A DNA stretch of 64,000 nt. It comes from an uncultured delta proteobacterium (GTDB taxonomy: Bacteria > Myxococcota > Myxococcia > SLRQ01). Each line of letters begins with the position of its first letter. Position 1 is the stretch's first letter. Of the stretch, positions 63,117 through 64,000 are shown one piece after another. Below the pieces are notes generated by a model. It saw nothing but the letters and a program-made list of their open reading frames with translations, was not told the origin of the DNA and searched no databases. The stretch covers positions 512,001 through 576,000 of the forward strand of contig CAVSGM010000001.1 in the NCBI GenBank assembly GCA_963727485.1, read 5' to 3'. The position numbers and the translations under genes are program-made.

Positions 63117-64000
63117 CTGCGCCCGAGGCTGTCGGCGAAGGGCGTCAGGGCCTTCACCACCCGGCGGAGGCGCCCGTGCTCGAGGCCGGCGCCCTCGAGG
63201 AGCCCGGAGAGCGCCTTGCGGCTCTTCGCCCGCCCCTCGGCGAGGGCGATGGCGCCGGCGGCGGCGAACGCCGTGTCCTCGGGGGCGTCGAGGCAGATCA
63301 CGTGGTCGCCCAGGAGCCCGCGCCACCGGGGCTCGCAGTGGCTCCGGCGGCGCTGATCGGGGATGAGGAAGAAGGGGTGGTAGTGCTTCTGCACCTCGGC
63401 GACAATCTCCTCCACCGGGATGTCCTCGTCGAGGCGGTCGCCGAGGATTCCGTCGGCGACGGCCGGGGACAGGGCCGGGTAGGGGTCCTCGTCACCGGTG
63501 AGGAAGGCGTAGCCGCGCCGCCCCCGCTTCACCGCGCAGTCCATCTCGGTGTGCTGGGCCAGGAAGTAGAGGGCGAGCTCGTAGCTCTCCTCGCCGTAGG
63601 GCCCGCCGGCGCCCTCGAGGTAGCTGCGGGTGAGCCAGCCGTCCATGAGCTCGGCGGTGGACTCGAACTGGCCCACCTGGAGCGGGGCGGTGTCGCTGTA
63701 GGCGTCGCCCACGGCCATGAAGAGCACCTGGGGATCGGCGACGCCGCTCTCGGTGAGGACCTTCATGAAGCCCGGGAGGTGCACCGTGGCCAGCTCCCTG
63801 GGGATGTCGCCCATCGACCCGGTGACGTCGAGGGCGAAGACCACGCCCAGGGAGTCGGGGTGGTCGTCACTGTCCCGGCACTCGCGGACCAGGACCCCCT
63901 TGGGGTTCATCAGCGGGTGGCACTGGGTCTCGCGGAAGACCTCCTGGATGGGGAGGCTGGAGCGGGCGCGCAGGAGCGCGGCGTGGGCCTCGTGGCTGTA
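63113..64000 (-). CDS. vWA-domain protein (5' end beyond window edge)
   Basis: FALDVTGSMG (MIDAS), GDAYSD.APLQVGQFES, ESYELA, F..GDE; ATGA-coupled to the PurA-like gene. Confidence 0.85.
   Translation of the reverse strand, partial: YSHEAHAALLRARSSLPIQEVFRETQCHPLMNPKGVLVRECRDSDDHPDSLGVVFALDVTGSMGDIPRELATVHLPGFMKVLTESGVADPQVLFMAVGDAYSDTAPLQVGQFESTAELMDGWLTRSYLEGAGGPYGEESYELALYFLAQHTEMDCAVKRGRRGYAFLTGDEDPYPALSPAVADGILGDRLDEDIPVEEIVAEVQKHYHPFFLIPDQRRRSHCEPRWRGLLGDHVICLDAPEDTAFAAAGAIALAEGRAKSRKALSGLLEGAGLEHGRLRRVVKALTPFADSLGRR

Overview
Very GC-rich (about 75%), gene-dense bacterial chromosomal window. It is probably from a Myxococcota/deltaproteobacterial lineage, judging by a MYXO-CTERM-like tail, Cys-rich DGGT-linker lipoproteins and a myxobacterial-type PilZ-like protein. 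There are about 58 genes: housekeeping (sucA-sucB-lpdA, RlmN-like, DegV, TldD/PmbA, acyl-CoA dehydrogenase, SF1 helicase), many peptidases (M16 pair, tricorn, S53, M14, S41), two ABC-2 exporters, redox proteins, regulators (FadR/GntR, MarR, membrane LuxR, ECF sigma/anti-sigma, orphan kinase) and many uncharacterised secreted or membrane proteins. I saw no rRNA, tRNA, CRISPR array, transposase, integrase or prophage. Main observations: (1) a peroxiredoxin-like selenoprotein (UxxC, in-frame UGA plus SECIS-like hairpin) split in the ORF track; (2) five frameshifts that are all GATC->GATTC, plus many GATC->GATT/AATC substitutions, pointing to a modified cytosine in GATC miscalled by long-read sequencing; (3) a vWA + divergent adenylosuccinate-synthetase-like operon whose aspartate-binding loop is replaced; (4) matching divergent ECF promoters, FadR-type operators and many leaderless-type promoters; (5) a duplicated unknown membrane-protein family. 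All calls come from reading motifs by eye; no database searches were run.
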